Assembly: GCA_951406725.2 (NCBI GenBank) | Contig: OX597829.1 | Location: forward strand, 35,650,001 to 35,714,000 | Reading direction: 5' to 3' | Length of the DNA stretch: 64,000 bases | DNA from: Octopus vulgaris | Lineage: Eukaryota | Shown here: piece after piece, positions 30,020-43,195 of the stretch | How positions within the stretch are numbered: position 1 is the stretch's first letter | How the letters are laid out: each line of letters starts with the position of its first letter | Translations under genes and position numbers: made by a program | The notes under the pieces: generated by a model | Databases searched by the model: none | The model's input: the letters and a program-made list of their open reading frames with translations, nothing else | Told to the model about the DNA's origin: nothing

Positions 30020-30526
30020 CATACATACATACATGCATGCATAATGTATGTATATGCATGTCCACACACACTCTTGCACACATACTAATACGCTACATTA
30101 TCCAATTTTTGTTTTTATTAAGACCAAACTTCACATCAACATATTCTTTATCTCATTCTTTCCCAACAATTTCTCTATTTGTGTTTACTTGTTTAACCTT
30201 AAAGATTTTACAGAAATTAGGAAATGAAGTTTATTTCAGAAATTCCTTCTCCTGAAATAACAACATTGTATTAGAAGGAGATAAAATACTGTAACCTGCT
30301 TTTCAAGCTTTCAACTTTTACCATCTTACACTGTATACTATTTAGCATTGTCTCTTAATCAGATTTTTCTCCTGTTGTTCACGTTCGCAAGGATTTCTAA
30401 ATATCTGTCTCCCTCTATGCAAGTATGTACACAAGTTGTTTATATGCTTCTCTGTCACCTCTTTCTAGCTTCACTCCATCTCTCTCCATCCCTCCCCCTC
30501 ACTCTTTGTTTCCTTACATATGTTTG

Positions 30527-30583
<57 letters not shown>

Positions 30584-30661
30584 ATATACATATATATACA
30601 TATATATGCACATTATATATGTGCTGTATGTATATTATACAAGTATATTATACGTGCATGA

Positions 30662-30705
<44 letters not shown>

Positions 30706-31842
30706 ATGTACTCATGCACATATATACTTATATGTACGCATCTATGTGAATATTTATGTGTGTGTGTGTGTGTGATCGGGTTTATAAACTATCTATACTG
30801 CGCCTAAATTCATCGACATACATATGTATACTGTCAAATACTTTCTACTACTGTTGAACAGTCATCTAGACATACACAGATCTTCATAGGCTAAAGCATA
30901 TTCACAGAAACACAGACGTTCACATACCTGTCATGGAGGAAATCGCATGAACTTATATACGCAAGTTGAAATATATGTAAAATTCATTTCCTTCAAATCA
31001 GATTTTTATTTTATCTCAGCTGTTCATGTGTGTGTATGGTGGGGTGTGACACAACTAAACAGACACAACCAAGTATCACTGCTACGAATATTATTTGGAA
31101 TTATTTGAAATTAGACCAAAACTGGTGTGGACATTAATTTAACGTATCATTTTCGAGAACCACAGGACCTTGATGTGTATAAGCCTTTTTATGACGACCA
31201 AACACCTGTTTTCAAGGAATGAAGATTTAGATAGTGATCGACAAGTAATATTAATTAAAATAGTTGTTACCAAATGTGTATCTGAATATAGAAGGATGTC
31301 ATTATCATTGTACCACGATTTTGTTCGCTTTAATTTTTAGTTAATAATTTAAGTCTCATTTTTCGGCTGTTTGATTTAAGATATATGTTACGTTTTATAT
31401 GAAGTCTTACTGGTTTAAGGTTGTATATCCACCATAAAAAATGACCATTCAAAGCTCATGTACATATCTACCTTCAGTATATATAAATTACTACTAATAT
31501 AAAATTTACCATTAAATCTTCCCACACGCTAATGAATTTTTCTGTACCAACTTCAGACTGTAACAGATTCTATTTTCATTAATATCCTGAGTATACCGTA
31601 AGTATTCCAAATTCATCATTTCTGACTCATTTCTTCAACAACACTTGAAAACGTTAACCGTATTAACCTCAAACTATTAATTTTACATATCAGCCACTAG
31701 TTGAACACATTATCCAAGCTGGGTTTATACTGATATTTATTTTATCGACCCGGAAGGACGAAATACAATGCAGCTGAAACTCGTTGCTTATTGCTTGTGT
31801 GTGTATGTGTGTGTGTGCGTGTGTGTGTGTGTGCGTGCGTGC

Positions 31843-31904
<62 letters not shown>

Positions 31905-31915
<11 letters not shown>

Positions 31916-32520
31916 AAATTTAAAATAGGGCAAGTTAAAAAATGAAATGTGCTGACAATGATCTGGAAATCTAAATTTACAATTCAGAGTAAGAACATCA
32001 AATGTAAATTAGACGCGGTTACAAGGATCCCACCTTCATAACATTGCCCTCCCCACGGAAAAGGTGGCAACTCGCAATTTACAACCGAAAGGCAACAAGT
32101 ATAGTCATCATTAAAGTGAGGAAAGGTGCTAGTGAGCACCAGCATCGCTAGAGATAAGAGTCAAAACAACTCTAGCCACGTGAGAGCACTTTTCTAATGA
32201 CTGACAAGGGAAACATGCTCCCTACGGCAAGCGAGTCATATCAGCGCTGATTTCCGATTTAATCAATCTTCATCAGTGACCCATTATTCCGTCGCCGATG
32301 GTTAAAGAACTTAATCCACCCTGTCAGTCTTATAGATAAGATCTTAGGAAACATTGACTGATTCTGAAAATGGTGAAATGAGAATTATAAATTAATAAGG
32401 TGGCTAATTCACAATTTACAAGCGAAACGCAACAAGTATAGTCGTCACTAATGTGACGGAGGATGCTAGTGACTACTAGCATTGACTAGCACTCACCGCC
32501 ACTTTAGTGACGATTATAGC
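31905..32520 (-). mobile_element. PLE pLTR-like repeat with internal direct repeats (about 32075-32150 and 32411-32490)
   Basis: caatttacaa.cgaaa.gcaacaagtatagtc.tca occurs twice, with a hammerhead motif between the copies. Confidence 0.55.
32234..32281 (-). ncRNA. Minimal type-I hammerhead ribozyme (C3-G8 core)
   Basis: GGUCA-CUGAUGA-A GAUU GAUUA AAUC G-GAAA-UCAGCGCUGA-UA-UGACU. Stem III AUCAGCGCUGAU is a 12-nt palindrome; AUA triplet. Confidence 0.7.
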
Positions 32521-32620
32521 ATATATATGTGTGTGTGTGTGCGTATGTGTGTGTATGCGTGTGTATGTATATATGTATATGTGTATATGTATATCTATCT
32601 ATCTATCTACCTATCTATCT

Positions 32621-33042
32621 GGCACGTATGAATGACGAAGCCACCTTGAGCATGATCCTATGAACCCAGAAATTGAAAACAGAGAGTTGCTTATTCGAAA
32701 AAAAAAAAAAAAAAAAGAAATATAACATGTGACTCCATTGACCGAGGTTACCGTGGTCTTTTCCGTAGGCTTTTCTTTCCACGGGTAAACCTCACATGTC
32801 CTCCCCTTTACACTTCATATTGACATTTCTGTGATAACGATCCCTATTTATCAAATTTTTTTTTTTCCTTTCCCCCCTTTTTTTTAACCCCCCTTTTTTT
32901 TGTCCTCTTTCTCTCCTTTTACGATCCCTTTTGATCGAAACTCCCCTTCCTTTTTTTTTTTTCTTTTAAACCTTCAAAAGAAAAGCTCTACCTTGTAATT
33001 TGTTCTATCTGTGTGCAGCCCTGTGTGGCTAATAAAGAAACA
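32621..33042 (+). mobile_element. 5'-truncated LINE 3' end (probably L1/Tx1): ORF end, 3' UTR and AATAAA
   Basis: Reads ARMNDEATLSMIL*. UTR stem gaggttaccgtgg/ccacgggtaaacctc, AATAAA at 33031. (TATC)n on both sides. Confidence 0.55.
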
Positions 33043-33380
<338 letters not shown>

Positions 33381-33496
33381 TATATAGTAGTCTAAGAATC
33401 TATAAGTCAGAAAAATATGCACTTTTATATATATATTTTAGTAAATTTGTTAGTAAAGCTCGCATGTCAATCAATGTTTGCAATACTAGGAAGCCA

Positions 33497-33573
33497 TTAC
33501 AGCCGATGCTACTAGTCGGTTTCGCTCCGGATATTTGATAATGCATTATCTAATACATGTGCTCTTCGGGGAA
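33497..33573 (-). ncRNA. Degenerate hammerhead-like motif
   Basis: UUCC-CCGAAGA-GC[35-nt hairpin]GC-GAAA-CCGA CUAGUAGCA UCGG-CU. U4 and U16.1 are altered. Confidence 0.4.
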
Positions 33574-34019
33574 GGCAGATGTAGGAAAATATGGTGACTT
33601 CTGAATGTCATTGGGGTTAGAAAATGTTGCATTGAAGCCAATTCACGGGAGATAATCCTTGCGACCTATTTGATCATGATGTTAATAACATTTTACTTCT
33701 GCTGATTGTATGTCATCATAAAGTGACTCAAATGACATCAAGATATTTGGCAAGAATCAAGAAGACAGGCGGCATGAATGCCCGAAATATTTCACATTGT
33801 CTTCAAAATAGGATGATTAAACGGTGCTAATAGCTAACGTAATTTTGTTATAATTGGCACTGTTTTCTTCAAGTTTCCAGAAAACATAGCTATGCTTAAC
33901 TTTTTCTGTTCGTAAGGGTGTTTCTTCTTCAGGTTATGGCTAAAGAAAGTTTTACAAGTGGTTTTTAAGCAAAACGCCCATCTTTTGAACAGGTATCATT
34001 TTTAATGTGAACGATATTT

Positions 34020-34420
34020 GCTTTGCCGTAAAATCATTTAACACTGGATTAAAATCGTTTCAATATGATTTCATTCTTTTTTTTTTATATATATAACCAA
34101 CAGAAGGTTCGTCTTTTGCCGCTTTATAACAATTAAGTAGTTTATAATAGAATTCATAATTCCATGAAATGTATGTATGTTTGTATGTTTGCTTGTTTAT
34201 ATAAATTAACTCCGTTCCTGTGAGGTCTGTCAGCAATTTACATATTTTTTCATACTTTCAGCTATATCACCTTATTTAGTACATTTTCTTTATATGTATA
34301 CTTCTTTATTTCAGGGTATTTGAACAGCAGACCCTTTACAAGACACTTAGTATTTTAATATGTCTATTTTTTGTCTTACACATAAGTGTATCACAAGTGA
34401 AATAATAGTGCCCATAGCCT
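34020..34420 (-). pseudogene. Possible PLE GIY-YIG C-terminal remnant
   Basis: Residual FNPVLN (cf. P.LN) and H..T.H.SW.Y motifs upstream of the hammerhead-like motif. Very decayed. Confidence 0.3.
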
Positions 34421-34840
34421 TTTCATGCCATACTTGACTAGATGGAAACACGAAAACAACAATGATAACAAAGTTTGCACGCAAGTTCAACCGAATTATA
34501 TTATATATCTACGTAGGAAATTTATAAAAATGTATAAAGAATACATAGAAACATATGTGGGATACGAATACATGCAAGTATGCATTCAGACATACATTCA
34601 TACTTACATATACGCATACATAATCATGTATGTTTGCATGTATACATATATATGTACGTATGTATAATTAAATACACACATATACATGAATGTATATGCG
34701 AATAGAACATATATGTGTGTGTATATATATATATCTATAAATATATTTATAACACACACACATACATAAATGTTTATGTATATATAATTAAATATATATA
34801 AATATATATATATATATATACATACATGTATTGATGTTAA

Positions 34841-34899
<59 letters not shown>

Positions 34900-35504
34900 C
34901 GTCGATGCGCGCACATGTGAGTGTTTTCGTGTGTGTTTGTTTTGTATTCGAATTAAAATATTTGCTTTCTTCTCAAAAACAACAGTTAAACGTTATTATT
35001 AAATCTATTTTTTTTTTTAAAAAGGAGGGGGAGAGATAGAGAGGGAGGAAGAAAAAGAAATCTCTACAGAGACTAAATAATGAATTCTGAAAATTTAAAA
35101 TAAAGAATAGATAAATAAGATATATAATCAAAACATAAATTAAGAATGTAAACGTAAAAGAAAAACTAATAAATAAAAATAAAAATACATCTTCCTCTTC
35201 TTTTCCCACACTCGATGAACGTTTAATCTTTGAGGACTTAAAATATTAGATTTCCGCTTTTTGGTTTTCTTGTTTGCTTTACAAATGTTTCACAACAATG
35301 GTATTCTGATTTTTTTTTCCGTGTTTCTTGTTTCTCGTGTGTTTTTTTAAAAATAGAAAATTCAAAGGAAACAGTGGAAAAGAAAAAAAAAAGTTATGAA
35401 CAAAGAAAACACAATCGAAACAAAACATGCAGACACGCAGATACGTACACATACGTGTGTTCGCAGTGCGCGCGAACACACAAACACACACACAAACACA
35501 CACA

Positions 35505-35573
<69 letters not shown>

Positions 35574-35837
35574 GCACATACATGCATACATGCATATAAA
35601 AATATAGGTATTCCTGTGTGCATGTGTACGAATACAAAATACAAACATCTACAGAGATGCATACAGGCAACACTTAGAGTGACAAGCGAATATACATACA
35701 TACATGCATACATATACACACATACATACATACACACACATACATACAAACATACATACATATATACATACATATGCACGCAGACATATATACGTATATA
35801 CATAACATATATATATATACATACATACATACATACA

Positions 35838-35873
<36 letters not shown>

Positions 35874-35882
35874 GAGAGAGGG

Positions 35883-35943
35883 AGACAGTTCATCTTTGCA
35901 TGAACCTAGATATAATATATATACATAAATACATACATACAGG

Positions 35944-35979
<36 letters not shown>

Positions 35980-36004
35980 CTAGGTTCATGCAAAAATGAA
36001 GTCT
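35883..36004. repeat. Short foldback: 35-bp inverted repeat around an (AT)/(TACA) spacer
   Basis: ttcatctttgcatgaacctagatataatatatata and tatatatattatatctaggttcatgcaaaaatgaa, one mismatch. Confidence 0.9.
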
Positions 36005-36375
36005 AATATTTACCACACATACACTTGAAAACACACAGAAATACACCCACACATTTACAGAATATATAAATGAAACAAATTTCATTACAAAAAAGTTACT
36101 GAATTTTTTTTTCTTTCCAAATGAAGACGAAACAAAAGAAAAGTTGAACATTATCGTGAGAAAAAATAAGATTCTCTGGCTTTGCAGCAGATCACACATT
36201 TGAAGAGTTTACCGTTGCTGAAACCAGTATATTTCTGGTATTAATGTAAGCGGCTACAAAAATATGTATTCGATATTGACCGACTTTGTTTGAACTCAAA
36301 ATATACTATGTTAATTTCTAACTTTAAACCCAGGATCTGAAATTATGTGTGAGGGCAGGTAATTAAATCGATCAG

Positions 36376-36808
36376 AGGCACAGGCGTGACTGTGTGCTAA
36401 GAAATTTGCTTCCGAAGCAGATGGTTTTGGGGTTTAGTCTCACTGCGTTTCACCTTGGGCAAGTATTTTCTGCTCTAGTCTCGCGTCGACAAAAGCCGTG
36501 AGAATGGATTTAGTAGACAAAAGCTGGCGAGGCCCAGTGTATATGTGTGTATGTGAGTGTGTGTGAGTGAGTGCGTGCGCGCATGTGTGTGTGCATGTAT
36601 GCGTGTGTTTGTGTTTGTTCCTCGCCTCGATTGACAATTGGTATTAAGTCTCCGTAACTTAGCGGTGCGGCTAAGTGGACGATAAAATAAGTAACAGACT
36701 TTAGAACAAACGAAGTACAGAGGTCGATTCGTTGGCTAAATTTCTTCAAGACGGTAACCTAGCACGTCCGCAAGCCAAATGATTGAAACGAGTAAAAGAA
36801 TAAAAGAG
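36376..36808 (+). mobile_element. SINE family B, diverged full length
   Basis: aggcacaggcgtgactgtgtgctaag...caccttgggcaagt...gagtaaaagaataaaagag. Confidence 0.85.
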
Positions 36809-37094
36809 TACAACAATAATACTGGACGAAAGATAAAAGTCATGTAATCTCTACTGAATTTGGAATCACAACGCAAAAGTTCGGAAAAATTACCGCAAGT
36901 TTTGACCGAATTTTACAGTTTTTATGCACCTATAAACAACATAAATACCCGTTCTCATTTAAAGGATGCCCTAAGATCTGAAACATACTGAATAATGTAG
37001 TCTTAGATCATAAAAAAAATGGGGTAGTCTTTGATAGAATGCTTTTGATTATAAATCTACACGAACTAACAAATGAAATATTTTTTTAGTTTTT

Positions 37095-38835
37095 TTTTCC
37101 TTCTCTATTTCTTCCTATTTCCATCTGTCGAAGAGCTTAGACTCGAAACGTAAAATACTTTTCCATTTCCCCGGGTGGCAAACTAATACACTTTCTTGTT
37201 GTTCCTACACCACTCTCCGTCTTTTGTTTTTCTATAAATTTCAACTATATATCTTATGCTGACGTGGGGTTACCCCAGTTTGATCCTGACTGAACTTCCT
37301 ATTCTCTTGGACTTGCATATCTTAACCACTTTCAGGCCTTTCAACACCTTTCCTAATCCATACTCCAGCACTGCACCAGGATTACCACTGGATATTCGTA
37401 CTCATTTGGGCTCTACCTTCACGGATTTCACTGTCTATTTTCATTAATATAAATCGCTCTAATCTACCACTACTTTTGAATTTTCTGAACTTTAGTACTT
37501 TAATAGTATGCCAGTCTCTCTCTTTTTACTTTTCTTACTTTTCTTTTTCTCTTTTTCCTTTTTCTCCTTTTCTCCTGTTTTCCTTTCTTCTCTTTTTTTC
37601 TCCTTTCTCCTAATTATAAATCCTTCCAGCCCACCTTCACCAACAACTAAAATCACACATGTCCACGCTGCTTTCAACCTTCCATTAATCTTTCCCTACG
37701 GGTTTAAAAAAAAAAATCGTTTCTGTAGTCATGCTTCCTTTCTCAGTCGTTGCCTACACCACCACCTCATTCCCAAATGTTTTCACCTCCATTTCCACCC
37801 TGTTTTCCATTCTGCTTCTGCCATCATACCCATAATCCTCACCACTTCCTTCCGCCTTATATGTGCCACCATTCGTTCCAATCTCTCCAAATACACACCC
37901 TCCACCGCCTTCTCCCTCTTGCTTATTCCACCTGTTTTTCCTGCTGTCCACCATCCGTTGCACATTCCACTTTACGCTTCATCCTCCATCTAAACCACAT
38001 TTTCCACGACTTGCTCGCACTAAACAACATAAACTCTTTCATCCTGTTCCACCCGATGCCACTACACCCCTCCCACCCTGATCCACTTCCCTTCATGCTT
38101 ACTCCTCTGCCCTCCAACCCTACGCCTAACTGTGCCGGCCACAGTCTAATGATACTAATTGGTTAAGCAGTTCTTTGGGGTTGCATCGAGCTGTATCGAT
38201 ATAATCTTGAATGAATATATCAATAATTACAATAAACCTTCCTACCCACCACTTCCACCTCTCTCTCTTCCTAGCCGTCCACCGCCTCCGCCCCCACCTA
38301 ATCCATCCTCCCCCATTCCAGTCTGTTGTTACCATTTCCCCTCATCTCCCTCTCTCTGGAGCGGAGCGCACTCTCCTCAGTAAGGGTATGCGCTTCATCC
38401 CCCTCACTCCAGCCAATAACGAGTTTCAGACCCATGTTCATATTCAAAACTTGGTGCACCACGTCAGGTTACATGCACTATTCCACAACACTCCACCGGC
38501 ATCTAATGGAGAAGACTGCTTCACTGACCTGGGCTGCCGCCTATCCCACTGGACGCCAGCTCTTGGCCAGTTCCAGGCGGTTGATCATTTTTCAAATATC
38601 TGCCAACGTGTTGTGGATCGGTTCAACTTCCGCAGGCGTCCCTGACATTTCAACATCTTCTGGGCCGAACTCTCATTCCTTCGATGTCTCCGACGTTGCA
38701 AAGATATCGTCATCAAACCGGCCGACAAGGGTGGAGCTGTAGGAGTGTGGAGCGCAGACATTTACAAAGCTGAAGCTATCCGTCAACTTCAAGACACCTC
38801 TTTCTATTGTCCTCTGCCCTCCAACCCTACGCCTA
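37095..38835 (+). mobile_element. Penelope-like element, 5' part (pLTR plus ORF N-terminus), 3'-truncated
   Basis: SHASFLSRCLHHHLIPKCFHLHF, LSGAERTLLSKGMRFIP and DIVIKPADKGGAVGVWSADIYKAEAIRQLQDTSFYCPLPSNPT (PLE DKG motif). Frameshifted. Hammerhead-like motif in the upstream pLTR. Confidence 0.85.
37123..37156 (+). ncRNA. Degenerate hammerhead-like motif in PLE pLTR
   Basis: CUGUCGA-A GAG CUUAGA CUC-GAAA-CG-UA (A6 changed to U). Confidence 0.45.
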
Positions 38836-38946
38836 ACTGTGCCGGCCACAGTCTAATGATACTAATTGGTTAAGCAGTTCTTTGGGGTTGCATCGAGCTG
38901 TATCGATATAATCTTGAATAAATATATCAATAATTACAATAAACCT
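38103..38946 (+). repeat. 137-bp direct repeat (38103-38239 and 38810-38946)
   Basis: Identical except gaatGaatat versus gaatAaatat. Confidence 0.95.
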
Positions 38947-39689
38947 CGGATGGAATTTATACATATTTTAATGCATCGCTAGGATCTTTTTCAATTTTCA
39001 ATCTCATCAATTCCTACTCGAATTGCTTCGAAATTCATTTTGAAATAAATCAATAAGTAAAAAGTTATTAGTTTTTAAAATTTGAAAATGTTCAGCAATT
39101 TTAGCAATCGTAAGCCACAGACACACCCATGCCTGTTTCCATAGTAACAAGCCAAATATGAGAACTTTGTTGTCTGCGAGATAGCACGCGTTGACAAATA
39201 TTCTACGTGAAAGCATGTGCGGCGACGCTGTGTGCTGCTGCTTGCGCTCATCTTCTGCTTGTACCCTGGTCGAGAGATGTGCTAAATATAAGCCGAATAG
39301 GCCTTAAATCTCTCACCCCTCATCCAATTACTTTTTCTTTTTTTGTTTTGGTTTTTGCATAATCGTATGAATTTCCGAATGTAGAATATAAATTTGCAAA
39401 TTTTTCTGAAAAAAAAAAATATTGGTAGATAGAATGGGTTATATGTCGTGCGTAAAGCAGAAGTTGATTTATTAACAGTTTCATATTAAAGAACGTCATG
39501 TACAAAAAAAAAAAAAAAGAAAAAACTCGGCTCCAAATCCTGTTTTCTTACTGGGTGAATTTTTTTTTCTGGAAAAAGTGAAATATCTCCTGTGATTCAG
39601 CTTGGAAAACTACGTTAATGTACCAAATTTTCAAATTTTTGTTAAACTTTGAATTTTCGAAAATCACACGTTTCTTAAGATCATAGTCC

Positions 39690-40190
39690 GTATTCTTCGA
39701 ATGATTACAGTGCAAGACCTGTCACCAGCTTCGCTCTCAGAAATACAGTATTGTTCATCGAGAGTTCGTCCCAATGGTCAGACCGTCAATCGAGAGTTCT
39801 ACTGCGTTGTTTTAAAGCTTTCTAGGGAGAACATTCGGCAAAAGCGACCGCATCTGTGGACAGTAAAATATTGTATTTCCTACCGAGCTCACTTCACTCG
39901 TTAGTTTCTTGCCTAAAACAACATAATATCGCTGCCGCACCCGTCCTATTCGCCAGATTTAGCATTTGCGGATTTCCATCTTTTCTCCACGATGAAAATA
40001 CAGCTCAAAGGTCACCGTTTTAGCATCGTTGTTGAGATCCAGAGCGACTCGCAGAAAGTCTATGACTCGCTTATGGAAAACGACTTCGAGGTGGCAGGAA
40101 CGCTGGGACCGGTGTATTGCTGCGTAAGGTGACTATTTTGAAGGAGATGAAGGTAAAACTTAGGTAAATAAGTTATTTGATACCACCTCG
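39690..40190 (+). pseudogene. Mariner transposase 3' fragment with TIR
   Basis: PNGQTVNREFYCVVLK, RQKRPHLW and LPHPSYSPDLAFADFHLF (YSPDLAP motif). Ends ttatttgataccacctcg|TA. Confidence 0.85.
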
Positions 40191-40820
40191 TACCAAGGTT
40201 CTGTAAATTTGCAAAATAGGGAACAAGAATGCACAACTACTCTATACAGGGGATAAAAATCTTTCTGGAGTTTCGAACACATGTCGTTGTATGATTTATA
40301 ATTTCCATTTCATTGTATTTCGTCGGTACATATATTTGTACTTACAAAGGTATTAGAATTATGGTGGCAGAGAGAGAGGGGGGAGAGGGGAGAGAAAGAG
40401 AGATTGTTGGTAGGGAACAGTAGAAAGACATGTAAGAGGTTAACAAAAAAACATGTTGCAGTGAATGTGTTTTCTGATTAACATGTTGAAATCTTCAATA
40501 ACAAAAGAAACTTAAAAGCCACATCTCCATATAAATATATTAAGATTGGAAATTATAATAAGTTTATAAGCAGTAGAAACTTAAATAATTACTTTCTTTT
40601 TGTAAAGGCTATATATCCCCAACTAATTAATAAGCAGTTTTCATTATGATATTATAGATATATATTAAATAACATCTGTATGGCAAAAGAAAAGGAGTTA
40701 CGTATATTCTTTCGCTAGCTTTCAAGTGTTTCGGCTACAAAAAAACGAAAAAAAAAAACGTGCACTCCGAGTTGCGAATTAGTACAATATCATTGCTTCT
40801 TTGGAGCCAATTCCATGCAG

Positions 40821-41155
40821 TGTATGTATGTATGTATGTATGTATGTATGTATGTATGTATGTATGTATGTATGTGTGTATGTATGTATGTATGTATGTA
40901 TGTATGTATGTATGTATGTATGTATGTATGTATGCATGCATGTATGTATGTATATATGTATGTATGTATGTATGTATGCATGTAGGTATGTATGTATGTA
41001 TGTATGTATGTATGCATGCATGTATGTATGTATGTATGTGTGTATGTATGTATGTATGTATGTATGTATGTATGTAGTGTATGTATGTATGTATGTATGT
41101 ATGTATGTATATATGTATGTATGTATGTAGGTATGTATGTATATATGTATGTATG

Positions 41156-41187
<32 letters not shown>

Positions 41188-41350
41188 CATGTATGTATGT
41201 ATGTATGTATGTATGTATGTATGTATGTATGTATGTATGTATGTATGTATGCATGCATGCATGCATGTATGTATGTATGTATGTATGTATGTATGTATGT
41301 ATGTATGTATGTATGTATGTATGTATGTATGTATGTATGCATGTATGTAG
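40821..41350. repeat. (TATG)n tetranucleotide array, about 530 bp
   Basis: Directly visible. Confidence 0.99.
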
Positions 41351-41362
41351 GTATTCATGTGT

Positions 41363-41595
41363 TTTAAGGCGTCGAGCTGGCAGAAACGTTAGCACGCCGG
41401 GCGAAATGCTTAGCGGTATTTCGTCTGCGTTACGTTGTGAGTTCGAATTCCGCCGAGGTCGACTTTGCCTTTCATCCTTTCGGGGTCGATAAATTAAGTA
41501 CCAGTTACGCACTGGGGTCGATGTAATCGACTTAATACATATGTCTGTCCTTGTTTGTCCCCTCTGTGTTTAGCCCCTTGTGGGTAATAAAGAAA
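41363..41595 (+). mobile_element. SINE family A, full length, with 15-bp TSD
   Basis: gagctggcagaaacgttagc (A-box-like) and gagttcgaattcc (B-box). TSD taggtattcatgtgt at 41348-41362 and 41596-41610. Confidence 0.92.
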
Positions 41596-41885
41596 TAGGT
41601 ATTCATGTGTGTGCGTGTGTGTGTGAGTGTGTATAAACACATACTTATACAGCATCCAGAACTTTTGTTGCTTGTGTGTATCATCCACTTCACTTTGTCG
41701 AAAGGAACATTACATTTTCGTAAAAATATAAGTCGATTGTGAAAAAACTGGATGCGTCTGTATTAATTTTTATCTTAGATAAATAAATTTAGCATAGGTT
41801 AAGACATAAACCTGCAGCATAACTACATTCAGTAATGCAAATTATTCCTGAATTTTCTATAAAACTGTTGATAATTTTGCTCCAT

Positions 41886-42109
41886 AACTCTTTCGTTACC
41901 AACCCGGCTGAAACTGGCTCTGGCTCTGAGTACAAATGTCTTGTTTTCATAAGTAATGAATTAAACTCTTCCACCAAACCTCAGTCACAATTTCTGTTCC
42001 TAACACTAACTGAATGATAGCTAAGTTATTTTATTAAATTCTTTGTTATATTTAAAGTAATTGAAAGAAACACAGAGCATCTCAAAATAAATACAGTAAC
42101 GAAAGAGTT
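41886..42109. mobile_element. MITE with 14-bp TIRs (piggyBac-like ends)
   Basis: aactctttcgttac ... gtaacgaaagagtt, with degenerate TTAA-like flanks. Confidence 0.7.
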
Positions 42110-42217
42110 GAGCAACTTCCTAACTTCAATGCTTCACAGTCCTGAAAAACAATGAACAAATAATAGGAGTCTGTGTAATCTATTTCTCCTGTTGCAATAT
42201 ATGTAAAATACTGACTT

Positions 42218-42425
42218 CAAATTTTGGCACAAAGCCAGTAATTACTGGGGAGTGAATAAGTCGATTATATCAACCCCAGTGCTCAACTGGTACTTATTTT
42301 ATTAACCCCGAAACAGTGAAAGGCAAAATCGACCTCGGCAGAATTTGAACTCCGAACGTGAAGACGGATGAAATGCTTCTAAATTTTAGTCCGGCGTGCT
42401 TAACGATTCTCCAGCTCGCCGCCCT
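42218..42425 (-). mobile_element. SINE family A
   Basis: Contains ccagctcgccgccc and gaaaggcaaaatcgacctcggcagaatttgaactc. Confidence 0.85.
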
Positions 42426-42537
42426 AATATGTGTAAAATACTACATCACAAAAGCAACATACAGTATATATAAAACATTGTTATTATGATTTAAAAAACA
42501 ATGATATTGATAATGACAAAGTCGTTAATATATTTCA

Positions 42538-42665
42538 TTAAATTCCGCCGACCTTGACTTTGCTTTTCATCCTTTCAGGGTCGATAAATTAAATACTAGT
42601 TGCATACTGGGGTCAATCTAATCGACTGCCCCCCTCCCTAGGCTTTGTGCTTAGAGTAGAAAAGA
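42538..42665 (+). mobile_element. SINE family A, 3' half
   Basis: Contains aaattccgccgaccttgactttgcttttcatcctttcagggtcgataaa. Confidence 0.85.
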
Positions 42666-42986
42666 ATATATTTCGTTAAATATACATACAGTATATATAA
42701 AATATTTGTTATTATGATTTTAAAAATTGTGCTATAAATTTAGCGAAACATTATAGTGATACATACTCAATTATTGTAATAAAAAATAAAATTATGCTAC
42801 AGAATTTAGCAATGATTGGCGTATAAAAAAACATATTATGATACTGTATAATATTTAAATCTTTAAACGATATAAATTTCGTATATTATTTAAATTTGTT
42901 GTAGCATTACATAGATAGCTATTTGACAATTATACAACAATGAAACAACAAACAGCAAAATTATTAACTGAACTTCTTTTTCAAGG

Positions 42987-43055
<69 letters not shown>

Positions 43056-43158
43056 TGAATTGAAAAAGTCTATTATTCAGAACTGCTTGTAAATTGAAAT
43101 GAACGACAAAAACATAAAACTTAGTGTTTTATGTTAGAAGTTAGCAATAGATGTACAG

Positions 43159-43190
<32 letters not shown>

Positions 43191-43195
<5 letters not shown>

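Noticed and set aside
38860-39680. Possible TTAA-flanked DNA transposon (also 54428-54950)
   Set aside because: I could not find matching terminal inverted repeats.
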